The notes under the pieces were generated by a model that worked only from the letters and a program-made list of their open reading frames with translations, did no database searches and had not been told where the DNA came from. The translations under genes were made by a program, and so were the position numbers. 64,000 nucleotides of DNA from an uncultured Actinomycetota bacterium (GTDB taxonomy: Bacteria; Actinomycetota; Geothermincolia; Geothermincolales; RBG-13-55-18), in contig CAZGWK010000008.1 of NCBI GenBank assembly GCA_964529285.1, forward strand, positions 9,993-73,992, written 5' to 3'. Numbering within the stretch: the first letter of the stretch is position 1; each line of letters starts with the position of its first letter. This document shows, one piece after another, positions 41,533 to 51,794 of the stretch.

Positions 41533-41586
41533 TGGCTTGTGCCGAGCGGAAGGCTTCGTAAACCAATGCTTGAGGAGGGATAATTC

Positions 41587-43131
41587 ATGGCCGGGATAGA
41601 GAGGGCGCTTATAAGCGTATCCAACAAGGCCGGGGTCGTTGGGCTCGCGAAGGAACTCGTGGAAATGGGCGTCGAGATCATCTCGACGGGAGGGACGCAG
41701 GCGAAACTGCGCGAGGAAGGCATCGACGTCATGCCCATCTCCGAGGTTACCGGGTTCCACGAGATGATGGACGGCAGGGTGAAGACCTTGCACCCTCACA
41801 TCCACGCTGCCCTGCTGGCGGACCGCGGCAATGCCGGGCACATGGAGGAGATCGCGCGCATGGGCATCAAGCCCATCGACCTGGTCATCGTCAACCTCTA
41901 TCCCTTCGCGGAGACCATCGCGCGGCCGGGGACCACCCTGGAGGAAGCGGTGGAGCAGATCGATATCGGCGGCGTCGCCCTCATCCGCGCGGCGGCGAAG
42001 AACTTCTCCGGCGTAGCGGTGGTCACCAATCCCAGGCGCTATTCCTCTCTCCTCCTGGAGATGCAGCGCAGCGGCGGCGACCTCTCGAGTGAGACGCGCC
42101 GCTCGCTTGCCGCAGAGGGCTTCAGGCATACCGCGGATTACGACGCCGCTATCTATGCCTATCTCTCCAAGGCTTTCGAGGAGTTCCCGGAGACGTTGAG
42201 CCTCCAGCTCAAGAAGAAGGCGGAGCTCAGGTACGGGGAGAATCCCCACCAGAAAGGAGCCCTTTACCAGGAGATTGGAGCGCCCCCCGCCTCTCTGGTC
42301 CTCGCCGAACAGTGGCACGGTAAAGAGCTCTCCTTCAACAACGTACTGGATGCCGATGCCGCCTGGTCGCTGGCCAAGGAGTTCTCTTCCCCCGCGGCGG
42401 TGATGATCAAGCACAACAACCCGTGCGGCGTGGCCACGGCCGAAAGGCTGGCCACCGCGTGGCGGAACGCGTACGAGTGCGACAAGGTGAGTGCCTTCGG
42501 GAGCGTGATGGCTTTCAACCGTCCCATCGACGAGGAGACGGCGGAGCTGATCAACTCCATCTTCGTGGAGGCGGTCATCGCTCCCGCTTACTCGCAGCAG
42601 GCGCGCAGGATGCTGCAGGGCAAGGAGGACATCCGCCTGCTCACCCTGCCGCTGGAGAAAGAGGTGCAATCGTCCCTCAAGGACCTCAAGCGTGTGGACG
42701 GGGGCATCCTCGTTCAGGACTACGACAGGGGCGAGGACGATCTCAGCCGGGCCGGCTTCGTCGGCGACCGCAGGCCGAGCGAGGAGCAATGGGAGGAGCT
42801 GGTCTTCGCATGGAAGGTGGCCAGGCATACACGCTCCAACGCCATTGTCCTCGCCAGGGACATGGCGACGACAGGCATAGGCGCGGGCCAGATGAACCGC
42901 CTCGACGCTGCTTATCTTGCATTGCGCACTGCGGGGGACAAGGCCCGCGGGTCGGTCTGCGCAAGCGACGCGTTCTTTCCCTTTCCGGATGCGGTGGCAC
43001 TGGCAGCCGATGCGGGCGTTGAGGCTTTCATCCAGCCGGGGGGATCCATGCGGGACGAGGAGACCTTCGCCGAGATCGACAAGCGCGGACTGGTGATGGT
43101 ACTTACCGGCAAGCGCCACTTCCGCCACTAA
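41587..43131 (+). CDS. purH: bifunctional AICAR transformylase / IMP cyclohydrolase
   Basis: MAGIERALISVSNKAGVVGLAKEL...STGGT (MGS-like domain) plus the C-terminal AICARFT domain. A 716 aa ORF on the opposite strand is an antisense shadow. Confidence 0.95.
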   Translation: MAGIERALISVSNKAGVVGLAKELVEMGVEIISTGGTQAKLREEGIDVMPISEVTGFHEMMDGRVKTLHPHIHAALLADRGNAGHMEEIARMGIKPIDLVIVNLYPFAETIARPGTTLEEAVEQIDIGGVALIRAAAKNFSGVAVVTNPRRYSSLLLEMQRSGGDLSSETRRSLAAEGFRHTADYDAAIYAYLSKAFEEFPETLSLQLKKKAELRYGENPHQKGALYQEIGAPPASLVLAEQWHGKELSFNNVLDADAAWSLAKEFSSPAAVMIKHNNPCGVATAERLATAWRNAYECDKVSAFGSVMAFNRPIDEETAELINSIFVEAVIAPAYSQQARRMLQGKEDIRLLTLPLEKEVQSSLKDLKRVDGGILVQDYDRGEDDLSRAGFVGDRRPSEEQWEELVFAWKVARHTRSNAIVLARDMATTGIGAGQMNRLDAAYLALRTAGDKARGSVCASDAFFPFPDAVALAADAGVEAFIQPGGSMRDEETFAEIDKRGLVMVLTGKRHFRH

Positions 43132-43168
43132 CATGTCCACATGGGGCCCGATAATGTAACATTGCAGT

Positions 43169-43498
43169 ATGAACAAGTTCTTTCTGGTGGTGCGCATCAT
43201 CGTTCTGTTGGCTTTGCTCTTCCTGCTGGCCGCCGTATTCTGGGGCGTGGCCAACCGCGAGAGCTCTCACGCGTCGGATAGTACGGTTGATACCTACGAG
43301 CAGTACCAGAGGTCAAAGCCGGCCGGTTATACCTCCATCCTGCTCATAGCCCTGGTAGTGGTGGGAATCTTCGTGGTGCTCGCATCCATATTCTTCGAGT
43401 ATCATCAGTTACGAAAGGGAACGCCGCGCGCAACTCCGGGCTCCACGCGCGATATTCCGCGCGGGCAAGAGGATACGCACAAGGGAGAATGGCAGTAG
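43169..43498 (+). CDS. small two-TM membrane protein (109 aa)
   Basis: Two hydrophobic helices. No strong RBS. Confidence 0.4.
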   Translation: MNKFFLVVRIIVLLALLFLLAAVFWGVANRESSHASDSTVDTYEQYQRSKPAGYTSILLIALVVVGIFVVLASIFFEYHQLRKGTPRATPGSTRDIPRGQEDTHKGEWQ

Positions 43499-43650
43499 AC
43501 GGGCTCCCCGTATGGAGTCAGTAGTTCAAACCGAGAAAAGTTGACGGTTATCAGGCCGGGCATTCAGAGAAGGCCAGGCGCTGACATGCCGGATAATAAG
43601 GTCGGGTGTGCACACCACATCGCACGCTCGATTTGCTAAGGAGGAACGCC

Positions 43651-44889
43651 ATGAAAAAGGTGACTGTGCCCGACCTGCTGTGGTATGGAAACCAACCGGC
43701 GGAGCTTGCTTTTCCCGATCACTGGGAAGTAAACGTGCTGGAGCCGCCGGGGTTCAAGAAGCCGGCGCTGGATTCGGAGGCGATATCCCGCGCCTTCGAT
43801 AATCCCATCGGGTCTCCTGCCATCGGCGAACTCGCACGGGGTGCCGGAGAGGTGGCCATCGTTTTCGACGACATAACCCGGCCGACCCCCGTGAAGGTAA
43901 TTCTTCCCTGGGTGCTGGAGGCGCTCCAGGGAGCCGGCATACCGGACGCTAACATCCGTTTCATCCCGGCCCTGGGGATGCACGGGGCTATGACCAACAT
44001 CGACTTCCGCAAGAAACTGGGAGACGATGTAGTGGAGCGATACCCCATATACAATCACAACCCCTACGAGAACTGCGATTACCTGGGCGACAGTCCCAGT
44101 GGAGTGCCCGTCTACATTAACCGGGAGTTCAACTACTGCGACCTGCGTATAGGCATCGGCTGCATAACTCCCCACGTGCACGTGGGTTTCGGTGGAGGCG
44201 GCAAGATCGTCCTCCCCGGCATATGCGGCGTGCAGACCATCAAGGCCTTCCACCGCGATGTCGCGCTGCGGGGCCCCGAGACCATGGGACTGGGCAAGAC
44301 CGAAGGCAACGTCATGTACGAGGAGGTCGCCGACGTGGTCGGGATGGCCGGGCTGCAGGTGAAGATCGACGCGCTCATCAACGGCCGGGGCCAGATAAGC
44401 GACCTCTTCGTCGGAGAGCCGCTGGCGGAATACGCCGCGGGAATCGAGGAGGCCAGGCGCCATTACGCCACCCCGCCGAGCCCCGGCATGGACATCGTGG
44501 TCGCCAACGCCTATGCAAAATACAACGAGATGGCCATATGCATGCTCATGGCCATGATGAGCGTGAACTTCGCCCGGGGAACGATGGTTTTCGTGGTGAA
44601 CAGTCCGGAAGGTCAGGTTTGCCATTACCTCATCCGCAGCTTCGGCAAGGAATTCGGCGGCGAGTTCTACATGAGGATGGGCCCTCCCCCCGAGGGCCTC
44701 AAAGTCATCGTCTGCTCGCGCTACCCGGACAGGACCATGTGCGATCTCTTCGCTCCTGCAGAGTGCGTGGACGTGACCCGGGACTGGGATGAGACCCTCT
44801 CGCTTCTCGAGGAGGAGTATCCGGCCGGGGCCAAGGTCGCGGTGATACCCGACGGCACCATGCAGTACTTCGCCCAGGGTCAGAGCTAA
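43651..44889 (+). CDS. LarA-like (nickel-pincer lactate racemase family, DUF2088) protein
   Basis: ATG after GCTAAGGAGGAACGCC. The VAIVFDDITRPTP motif and length are typical of LarA N-terminal domain proteins. The - strand ORF 43636..45210 is an antisense shadow. Confidence 0.65.
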   Translation: MKKVTVPDLLWYGNQPAELAFPDHWEVNVLEPPGFKKPALDSEAISRAFDNPIGSPAIGELARGAGEVAIVFDDITRPTPVKVILPWVLEALQGAGIPDANIRFIPALGMHGAMTNIDFRKKLGDDVVERYPIYNHNPYENCDYLGDSPSGVPVYINREFNYCDLRIGIGCITPHVHVGFGGGGKIVLPGICGVQTIKAFHRDVALRGPETMGLGKTEGNVMYEEVADVVGMAGLQVKIDALINGRGQISDLFVGEPLAEYAAGIEEARRHYATPPSPGMDIVVANAYAKYNEMAICMLMAMMSVNFARGTMVFVVNSPEGQVCHYLIRSFGKEFGGEFYMRMGPPPEGLKVIVCSRYPDRTMCDLFAPAECVDVTRDWDETLSLLEEEYPAGAKVAVIPDGTMQYFAQGQS

Positions 44890-45054
44890 ATAATTGTGTC
44901 TCCGCTTATGGTGACTTTTATGCTGCCCGCCGGCAAGAGATGTCAATTTTTTAGCTCTGACCCCATGACGGCATGTGGTGATAATTCCTCCAGCTCTTCG
45001 GGAAGAATAGATAGCGATGCAAATGGTTAATCCACTTGGAGGTGAAAAGCTGAT

Positions 45055-45531
45055 ATGGACAAAGAAATGATGGTGCAGGTTGTGGAGAAGGGTTGCCCCT
45101 TCGCCCAGATGACCAGGATCAAGACCACGGAGATCGACGAGGGAGAGGGAAGCGTCACCATGATCCTGGAGGACAATCCCAACAACCTCAACGCCTTCGG
45201 GCTGGTGCACGCCGGCGCCATGAGTGGACTTGCGGAGACCACCGGCGGCATGGCTTTATTCAGGTACCTGGACCCCAGCGAGGTGATCATACTCAACACG
45301 GTGTTCAATATCCGCTTCTCCCGTCCTCCCAGGGGGGAGCTGAGGTGCAAGGCCAGGGTGGTCGAGGAAGAGGCCGCGGCCCTCTTGCAGGAGTTCAGGA
45401 GAGAGGGCAAGGCGGACAAAGCCATGGACCTGAAGATCCTGGATGCGTCGGGGAAGATGGTCGCCCAGGCACAGGCGACCTTCCGCCTCATATCAACCCC
45501 GGAGGAGTACAAGAAGTACTTCGAGGCCTGA
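45055..45531 (+). CDS. hotdog-fold thioesterase (PaaI / YiiD-C-like)
   Basis: 158 aa with GLVHAGAMSGLAETTGG and a hotdog-like secondary-structure pattern. RBS GGAGGTG. Confidence 0.55.
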   Translation: MDKEMMVQVVEKGCPFAQMTRIKTTEIDEGEGSVTMILEDNPNNLNAFGLVHAGAMSGLAETTGGMALFRYLDPSEVIILNTVFNIRFSRPPRGELRCKARVVEEEAAALLQEFRREGKADKAMDLKILDASGKMVAQAQATFRLISTPEEYKKYFEA

Positions 45532-45572
45532 AAAGACCTGGGGTCAGGCCCGACTTCGGGTCCGGTTACGTA

Positions 45573-46898
45573 TTATTCCGGCGGTTTCTCGGCGAAAGCG
45601 CCTTTCCTGGCGCGCGGGCCCGTCTCCCTTACCCAGAAGATAACCGCCACCATGCCGACAGCTGCCAGCGCCAGCAGCAGCACTATGGATAAGCGGTAAT
45701 CCGGGACCTCGGCGGTGCCCCGCTTGAGCAGCTCCATGCCCAGCGGGACGAGGATGGAGCCGACGTTTCCCAACGCCATGAGCGTTCCCACCGCCGCCCC
45801 GGCGTAGAGTGGCCCGATCTCTTTCATCTCTCCTACGATGGTGAAGGTTATGGGCAGGGCCGGAAGCAGGAAGAAACCCAGCAGGAATGCGCTGACCAGG
45901 TTGACGGGCTTGCTGCCGGCGAATCCTATCAGGAACACGAAGGGTATCAGGGCGGTCGCCGCGAGGATGAGGAAGGGTTTTCTCAAGCCCACCTTCTCCG
46001 AAAATCCCGGGATGGTGGCGGCTCCGATGATTCCGCCAACGGTTATCCCCGCCGCCACGAACGAGGCGAAGCTGGAGCTGAAGCCGTGATAGCCGATGAT
46101 CTTCTCCATGGTCACCGTGAGGCCCACGTAAGCCCCATAGCCGATGAGGGAGACGAGGGCCAGGGCCCCGAAGGTGGGGAGGCTCAGGAAGCGCTTCAAA
46201 GCCTGGATCGTGCCCAGCTTCACTTCTTCCGGAACCGGTCCCGAGGGGGTGGGGGGATTCTCCTTGCAGAACAGCATGAAGATCACCGTGGACACCACCA
46301 TGATGACGGCGGTCACCAGCAGGACGCGGTTTACTCCCGCCGCCATAACGCTTTCAGCGGCCCCCTCCGGGATATTGGCCAGTGCCGATACCAGGGGGAT
46401 GCCGACGGCCGTGCCCAGGTAGAAGAAGAGGGTGGCCAGGCCGATGGCCATTGCCCTTCCCTCCACCCGGAACCATTTTATGGGCATCTTGGACATGTTC
46501 ACCAGGATGAAGACGGCGCCTGCCCCGATGGCCGTCTGGCAGAAAAGGATGACCCAGTACTGCGCGCTGCCGGAGTCGATGACGTGGGGGACGATCGCCC
46601 TGATCACGCCGAACGCGGAGATGATTATCGACCCGAGAGAGATCGCGAACTTGAACCCCCGGCGGTCGGAGAGGTCCCCCGCATAGGAACCGAGAAAGAC
46701 GAACATGAGCGGTCCCACCAGTGCCAGCAGGCGCACCAGGCCCGAGCCCATGCCGAAGACCTTCTCCACGCTGCTCTCGATAGGCGCGAAGCTGATCCAC
46801 AGAAAAGCCTGGACGCACAGGACCAGGCCGAAGGCGAGCAGAACCACCCAGCGGTATCCGTACTGCCTGTATTCTTCGCTACCCTTGGTATCTTCCAT
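45573..46898 (-). CDS. MFS transporter
   Basis: Twelve predicted TM helices with typical MFS loops. The ATG at 46898 is 5 nt after AAGGGGG. The ORF track extends to a TTG at 46916. Confidence 0.8.
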   Translation of the reverse strand: MEDTKGSEEYRQYGYRWVVLLAFGLVLCVQAFLWISFAPIESSVEKVFGMGSGLVRLLALVGPLMFVFLGSYAGDLSDRRGFKFAISLGSIIISAFGVIRAIVPHVIDSGSAQYWVILFCQTAIGAGAVFILVNMSKMPIKWFRVEGRAMAIGLATLFFYLGTAVGIPLVSALANIPEGAAESVMAAGVNRVLLVTAVIMVVSTVIFMLFCKENPPTPSGPVPEEVKLGTIQALKRFLSLPTFGALALVSLIGYGAYVGLTVTMEKIIGYHGFSSSFASFVAAGITVGGIIGAATIPGFSEKVGLRKPFLILAATALIPFVFLIGFAGSKPVNLVSAFLLGFFLLPALPITFTIVGEMKEIGPLYAGAAVGTLMALGNVGSILVPLGMELLKRGTAEVPDYRLSIVLLLALAAVGMVAVIFWVRETGPRARKGAFAEKPPE

Positions 46899-47055
46899 GA
46901 AAGCCCCCTTGATCAATACGGCAACGGGATCCCTCTCGGGCCGGAGACCGCATCCAAAACGGTTAATTATTTATTGAACGGCGATGTATTTTTTCCTCCC
47001 GCCGCCGGGATTCGGCGGTCCTGCCAGCGTTTGACGCGGTACCGGCCGCCCTCGT

Positions 47056-47499
47056 TCATAAAGCGACCGCCATGTAAGCGCCCCCGACCATCACCACCAC
47101 GCCCAACATCTTGAGCACGCTTAGCGATTCCTGGGGAGAGCTCCACAGCGCGAACTGGCTTATCAGCACCCCCGCGACGACCTGTCCCGCGAGCAGCAGA
47201 ACGTTGGTGTTGCCGGCTCCGATCTTGGGGATGGTGATGGCAAGGGCCAGCACCAGGGCTGCCCCCATGGCCCCCGCCAGCATGAGCAGGGGGTTTACCT
47301 CCTTGATCCGGCTCATTGCGGAGCGGTTTGGCCCGGCCAGCCAGATGGCTATAGCCACCACCGCCCCGATGCTCCAGAAGGCGGCGTTGGCGGCGCGGGC
47401 GTTCTCTATCTTCTCGCCTACATCGGCGTTCATGGCCAGGTGGACGGCGATAATTAGGCCCACCACGAAGGCCAGTGCGTAATAGAAAGTCTTGTTCAT
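47056..47499 (-). CDS. small DMT-superfamily membrane protein (DUF606 / YdcZ-like)
   Basis: 147 aa with 4-5 TM helices. Strong SD AAGGAAGGGAG. Confidence 0.5.
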   Translation of the reverse strand: MNKTFYYALAFVVGLIIAVHLAMNADVGEKIENARAANAAFWSIGAVVAIAIWLAGPNRSAMSRIKEVNPLLMLAGAMGAALVLALAITIPKIGAGNTNVLLLAGQVVAGVLISQFALWSSPQESLSVLKMLGVVVMVGGAYMAVAL

Positions 47500-47609
47500 G
47501 GGCTCCCTTCCTTTACTCTCGAAACGGTCCCTTCTCTACCCGCCGCCAGGATGCTTTGTCCGCTCTGGAGCAGCAGCGGTCACCCGGCCGCTTCCGGCCG
47601 GGCATATGC

Positions 47610-48686
47610 TCAACTTATATCGTCGGGGCTTACCTCGCGGCCCTCCCGCGCCGAGGTGATGGCCGCCAGCGCGAACTGCAGCACCCGGCGCCCCTGCGGG
47701 GGCGTTAGGCGAGGTGCCGCGCCCTCGCGCATACAATCCAGCAGGTGGCGGGTACAGTCGCGGAAACTCGAACCCCAATCCGCCTCCACGTCGCTGAAGG
47801 GAGTGAGCCCGCCCTCCCGGTAGAGGAGCAGGGGAGGGATATCCAGCATGTTCCCGTGTCCCCGCGTGACCCACAATATACCCTCCGTCCCGGTCACCTC
47901 CAGGCGGTCGTCCGCGGAGTAATAGTCCGACTTGATGTAGAGGTCGTAGGCCCAGGTGAAGTCTATGCTGCCGAAGCAGCTTCCCTGCTTGTGTTTCCAT
48001 ATGCAGAGGCTGGGCGCGTCCACGCACAGGCCCTCCCCCATGGGCATAGCCTCCATCCAGGCAAACACCTTTTCGACCTCGCCTAGCAGGTAGAGGGCGA
48101 TGGAGAACTTGTGATAGCCGTCGTCGAAGACGAAGGGCCCGCCGCCGCATGTTTTCTCGTCGATGCGCCAGGCCCAGGCCTCCAGCGGCACCTCCCAGCC
48201 GCCTGCGGCGGAGCCCCCGAGCGAACGCATGCGGATGTTCAGAGGAGTACCGATGGCACCCTCCTCGATAAGCTGCCTGGCCTTGACGATGGGCGGGTAG
48301 AAGACGAAGTTCTCGTAGATGCGCAGGATAACGCCGGCCCTATCCGCCGCGGCGACGATGTCGTCGAAGTCGCCCACGCTCAGCGCCGGGGGCTTCTGCA
48401 GCGAGACATGTTTTCCCGCTTCCGCCGCGGCTATGGCCATCTCGCGGTGCAGGTGGTGGGGGGTGAGGACCTCCACCAGCTCTATGGAAGGTTCTTCCAG
48501 GAGCTGCCGGTAGTCCTTGTAGTACCTGGCGATACCGTACCGCTCCGCCTTCTCACGGCTCTTCTCCTCCGAGACGTCCGCCAGTGCGAGCACCGCGGCG
48601 TCATCGCGGCCCTCGTAGCCCCTCATGTGCAGGTCGAAGATGCGACCGCACCCGACGATACCGACGCCGATAGGTTCCCCGTTCAT
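47610..48686 (-). CDS. Gfo/Idh/MocA-family NAD(P)-dependent oxidoreductase
   Basis: IGVGIVGCGRI Rossmann motif and the EKP motif (SLQKP). SD GGAAGGGGGA. Confidence 0.85.
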   Translation of the reverse strand: MNGEPIGVGIVGCGRIFDLHMRGYEGRDDAAVLALADVSEEKSREKAERYGIARYYKDYRQLLEEPSIELVEVLTPHHLHREMAIAAAEAGKHVSLQKPPALSVGDFDDIVAAADRAGVILRIYENFVFYPPIVKARQLIEEGAIGTPLNIRMRSLGGSAAGGWEVPLEAWAWRIDEKTCGGGPFVFDDGYHKFSIALYLLGEVEKVFAWMEAMPMGEGLCVDAPSLCIWKHKQGSCFGSIDFTWAYDLYIKSDYYSADDRLEVTGTEGILWVTRGHGNMLDIPPLLLYREGGLTPFSDVEADWGSSFRDCTRHLLDCMREGAAPRLTPPQGRRVLQFALAAITSAREGREVSPDDIS

Positions 48687-48846
48687 GGCAACGTCCCCCT
48701 TCCAGCGTTACCCGTTTGCTTGCATCAATTATCCCACGGGTACGATCGGGGCGTAAGGTTTCGCTGCGGGAATGCAAGGAGATCAAAAAAAGCCTTTGGG
48801 GGACCGTTGGGGATTTGCAGGGAGCTCCCGGCCCGATAGCCAGCGA

Positions 48847-49008
48847 TTAATCGCGGAAATATTGTCCCAGGTCGATCTCCACCCAGTCCAACAGCGCCGC
48901 GCTTGCGGGACCGCCATTGTCCACGTTGACTCCATTACCGTTACCACATGAGCACAGGGCGAGGCACAGGGCTGCCGCGGCCGTCAGGAGCAGGAGCCTT
49001 TTAAACAT
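48847..49008 (-). CDS. candidate small secreted / lipoprotein peptide (MFKRLLLLTAAAALCLALCSCGNGNG...)
   Basis: 53 aa and not in the ORF track. It has a signal-peptide-like N-terminus with a Cys-rich cleavage region. Weak evidence. Confidence 0.25.
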   Translation of the reverse strand: MFKRLLLLTAAAALCLALCSCGNGNGVNVDNGGPASAALLDWVEIDLGQYFRD

Positions 49009-49112
49009 CTTCACGCCTCTTTTTCTCGATATGGGCAGGCTGTCTCATCGGCACGAGAACCGCGTTACGGTTACGCGTTTGTAGGTTATTGTCGGTTATT
49101 TCACGGGGTTGC

Positions 49113-49946
49113 TTAATGCGTACGCCTCATATCCTCGCCCTGCAGCATGCGGTCCCCCGCCAGGGAATCCTTGAGCTTCGAGGCGAGCATTCGGGCCTGC
49201 AGGGCGGGGTCGCCTCCCCGGTCCACTGCGTCCATGGCTGCCTTGACCAGGGCGCTTCCCACTACCACCCCGTCTGCTATCCTTGCGGCTTCGCGGCACT
49301 GTTCGGGCGTGGAGATCCCCAGCCCGATGGCGAGGGGAGCGGCGCAGCAGGCCCTGGCCCTTGACATGAAACCCCCCAGCTCGCCGGCCAGGCTGTCCCG
49401 CATCCCGGTCGTTCCCTTCACCGCGAAGCAGTAAAGGAAGCCCTGGGTCCGGGCGCCAAGGTAGCGCAGGCGCTCCTGCGGGGTGGTCATGGCGGCGAAG
49501 AGCACGTTGCCTATCCCCTCGCCGTCCGCCGCTTCTTTCCAGCCGGCCATCTCCTCAGGCGGCAGGTCGGGTACGAGCGCCCCGTCCAGTCCCGCCCGCG
49601 CAGCCGCGGCCGCGAAGGACGCATGTCCCATGCGGTGGACGGGATTGTAATAGGTCATCACCAGGATAGGTTTGGGCGAGGATGCCCGCAGTTCCGCTGC
49701 GATGTCGAAGACGTCCCCGATGCGGAACCCGGACTCCAGGGCGCGGCGCGACGATTCCTGTATCAGCGGTCCGTCCAGGACCGGGTCCGAGAAGGGGATG
49801 CCGAGCTCCAGTATATCGCAGTGCTCCAGCAGGGAGGAGGCGATTGACAGGGAGGTACGCTTGTCCGGGAAGCCGGCGGTGGCGTAGCCGATGAGGGCGC
49901 TCCCGTTATGCTTCGTTGCGCCGAATACGTCGTCGATGCGGCTCAT
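49113..49946 (-). CDS. trpA: tryptophan synthase alpha chain
   Basis: ...[12 protein letters not shown]...[10 protein letters not shown]... TrpA signatures. Its ATG overlaps the trpB stop (ATGA). Confidence 0.92.
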   Translation of the reverse strand: MSRIDDVFGATKHNGSALIGYATAGFPDKRTSLSIASSLLEHCDILELGIPFSDPVLDGPLIQESSRRALESGFRIGDVFDIAAELRASSPKPILVMTYYNPVHRMGHASFAAAAARAGLDGALVPDLPPEEMAGWKEAADGEGIGNVLFAAMTTPQERLRYLGARTQGFLYCFAVKGTTGMRDSLAGELGGFMSRARACCAAPLAIGLGISTPEQCREAARIADGVVVGSALVKAAMDAVDRGGDPALQARMLASKLKDSLAGDRMLQGEDMRRTH

Positions 49947-51148
49947 CCCTCACCCCTCCTTATATCCATGAGCGTGTTCACGTCCTTATCGCCACGGCCC
50001 GACAGGCATAACACCAGGGAGGTGTCCCGCGGCATCTCCCGCGCCAGTTTCAGCGCACCCGCCACGGCGTGCGCGCTCTCCAGGGCGGGGAGGATGCCCT
50101 CGGTGCGGCAGAGCAGCTCCGCCGCGTGCAGCGCTTCCGCGTCGCTCACGTTGGTGTATTCGGCTGCGCCGCTCTCCTTGAGCAGGGCGTGTTCCGGGCC
50201 GACCCCGGGATAATCCAGGCCGGCCGAGATGGAATGCGTTTCCAGGATCTGGCCGTCGTCATCCTGCAGCAGGTAGCTGCGCGCTCCGTGCAGGACCCCG
50301 GCGGAGCCCAGGCACAGCGTGCTCCCGTGCTCGCCCGGCCCGGCCCCCTTGCCTCCCGCTTCGACTCCTACCATGCGTACGCCGTCTTCCAGGAAGGGAT
50401 GGAAGAGCCCCAGCGAGTTGCTTCCACCGCCCACGCAGGCCACCAGGCAGTCGGGGAGGCGGCCGGTGCGCTCCAGGTGCTGCCTGCGCGCCTCCCTGCC
50501 GATGACCGCCTGCAGGTCGCGGACGAGCACCGGGAAGGGATGCGGCCCCACCACCGAGCCGATGCAGTAATGAGTGCTATCGGAGGTGGCCACCCAGTCC
50601 CGCAGGGCCTCGTTCACCGCGTCCTTCAGGGTGCGCGAGCCGGTGGTAACGGGTATGACGCGCGCCCCCAGCAGCTGCATGCGGAATACGTTGAGGGACT
50701 GCCTGGCCATGTCCGTCTCCCCCATGAACACGTCGCACTCCTGGCCGAGCAGCGCCGCCGTGGTGGCGGTAGCCACCCCGTGCTGGCCGGCCCCCGTCTC
50801 GGCGATGACGCGGCTCTTGCCCATGCGCCGCGCCAGCAGGCACTGTCCCAGGGTGTTGTTAATCTTGTGCGAGCCGGTATGGCAGAGGTCCTCCCGCTTG
50901 AGGTAGATGGTCGCGCCGCCCACCTCGCCGGACAGGCGCCGCGCTTCGTACAGGGGCGTCGGCCTGCCGGCATAGTCGCGCAGGTAAGACTCGAGCTCCC
51001 GCCGGAAAGCTCCGTCCGCCATCGCCTGCGAGTAGGCCTCCTCCAGTTCGGCAAGGGGGGCCATGAGGGTCTCCGGGACGTAGCGCCCTCCAAATGCTCC
51101 GAAACGCCCTGCCCTCATTGCGGCCTCAACCGCGGCGGTCACACGCAT
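49943..51148 (-). CDS. trpB: tryptophan synthase beta chain
   Basis: [14 protein letters not shown], the PLP-binding HTGSHKINN motif. SD GGAGGGAG. Overlaps the trpF 3' end by 23 nt. Confidence 0.95.
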   Translation of the reverse strand: MRVTAAVEAAMRAGRFGAFGGRYVPETLMAPLAELEEAYSQAMADGAFRRELESYLRDYAGRPTPLYEARRLSGEVGGATIYLKREDLCHTGSHKINNTLGQCLLARRMGKSRVIAETGAGQHGVATATTAALLGQECDVFMGETDMARQSLNVFRMQLLGARVIPVTTGSRTLKDAVNEALRDWVATSDSTHYCIGSVVGPHPFPVLVRDLQAVIGREARRQHLERTGRLPDCLVACVGGGSNSLGLFHPFLEDGVRMVGVEAGGKGAGPGEHGSTLCLGSAGVLHGARSYLLQDDDGQILETHSISAGLDYPGVGPEHALLKESGAAEYTNVSDAEALHAAELLCRTEGILPALESAHAVAGALKLAREMPRDTSLVLCLSGRGDKDVNTLMDIRRGEG

Positions 51149-51794
51149 CGCTTACTCCCTCCTCTGAAAAGGCGCTGCGGGCCTCGCGGGCCGCGCGCGC
51201 GAATTCCTTCATCAAAACCGCGTCTTTTATGCCGGGTGCAGCTTCTACGCCACTGGAGACGTCCACGCCGAAAGGTCTGATCCTTGCCAGCGCCTCTCCC
51301 ACGTTCGCGGGGTTGAGGCCCCCGGCCAGGATGACCCTGCCGCGGCGCGCGGCGTCCGCTGCGAGGTCCCAGTCGCCGGTGCGTCCCGTGCCGCCCGGAA
51401 GTGCCGCGTCCCACGTATCCACGAGAAGCGCGAAGATGCCCGGGTATGCGTCCATGTGCGCGATGTCGTCGGGAAACCGCGGCCGCAGCGCCACGATGGC
51501 CCTCGCCCCGAAACGCAGGACCGCCCCGGGTCCCTCGCCGCCGTGGAACTGGATCAGGTCTAGCCCGCAGTATTCCGCCCGGCTCTCCACTTCCTGCACC
51601 CCGAACCCCGCGAAAACTCCAACGCGCAGGATAGAAGGGGGGAGGGAGGCGCATATCTTTTTCGCCCTCTCTGCGCTCACTCGCCGGGAGCTTTCCGCGA
51701 AGACCATGCCCACGGCGTTGTAGCCGAGCTCGCAGGCCGACAGCGCGTCTTCCAGACGTGTGATACCGCATACCTTAAGCCACAACCTGCCCAC
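51126..51794 (-). CDS. trpF: phosphoribosylanthranilate isomerase
   Basis: LKVCGITR N-terminus and a TIM-barrel PRAI body. GTG start that overlaps the trpC 3' end. Confidence 0.85.
   Translation of the reverse strand: MGRLWLKVCGITRLEDALSACELGYNAVGMVFAESSRRVSAERAKKICASLPPSILRVGVFAGFGVQEVESRAEYCGLDLIQFHGGEGPGAVLRFGARAIVALRPRFPDDIAHMDAYPGIFALLVDTWDAALPGGTGRTGDWDLAADAARRGRVILAGGLNPANVGEALARIRPFGVDVSSGVEAAPGIKDAVLMKEFARAAREARSAFSEEGVSDACDRRG

Noticed and set aside
41104-43254. Very long ORFs on the strand opposite to conserved genes: a 716 aa ORF antisense to purN/purH, and similar ones at 7482-8840, 18703-19731, 20068-21675, 25034-27334, 34199-35386, 43636-45210, 54328-55743, 56209-57027, 57608-59047 and 61295-63247
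   Set aside because: The opposite strand in each case encodes a protein with unmistakable family signatures (PurH, rSAM, UbiA, DnaK, ClpB, PurC, LarA, TrpE, thiolase, acyl-CoA synthetase, amidohydrolase). High GC content suppresses stop codons in antisense frames. The translations are Arg/Pro/Gly-rich low-complexity sequence.
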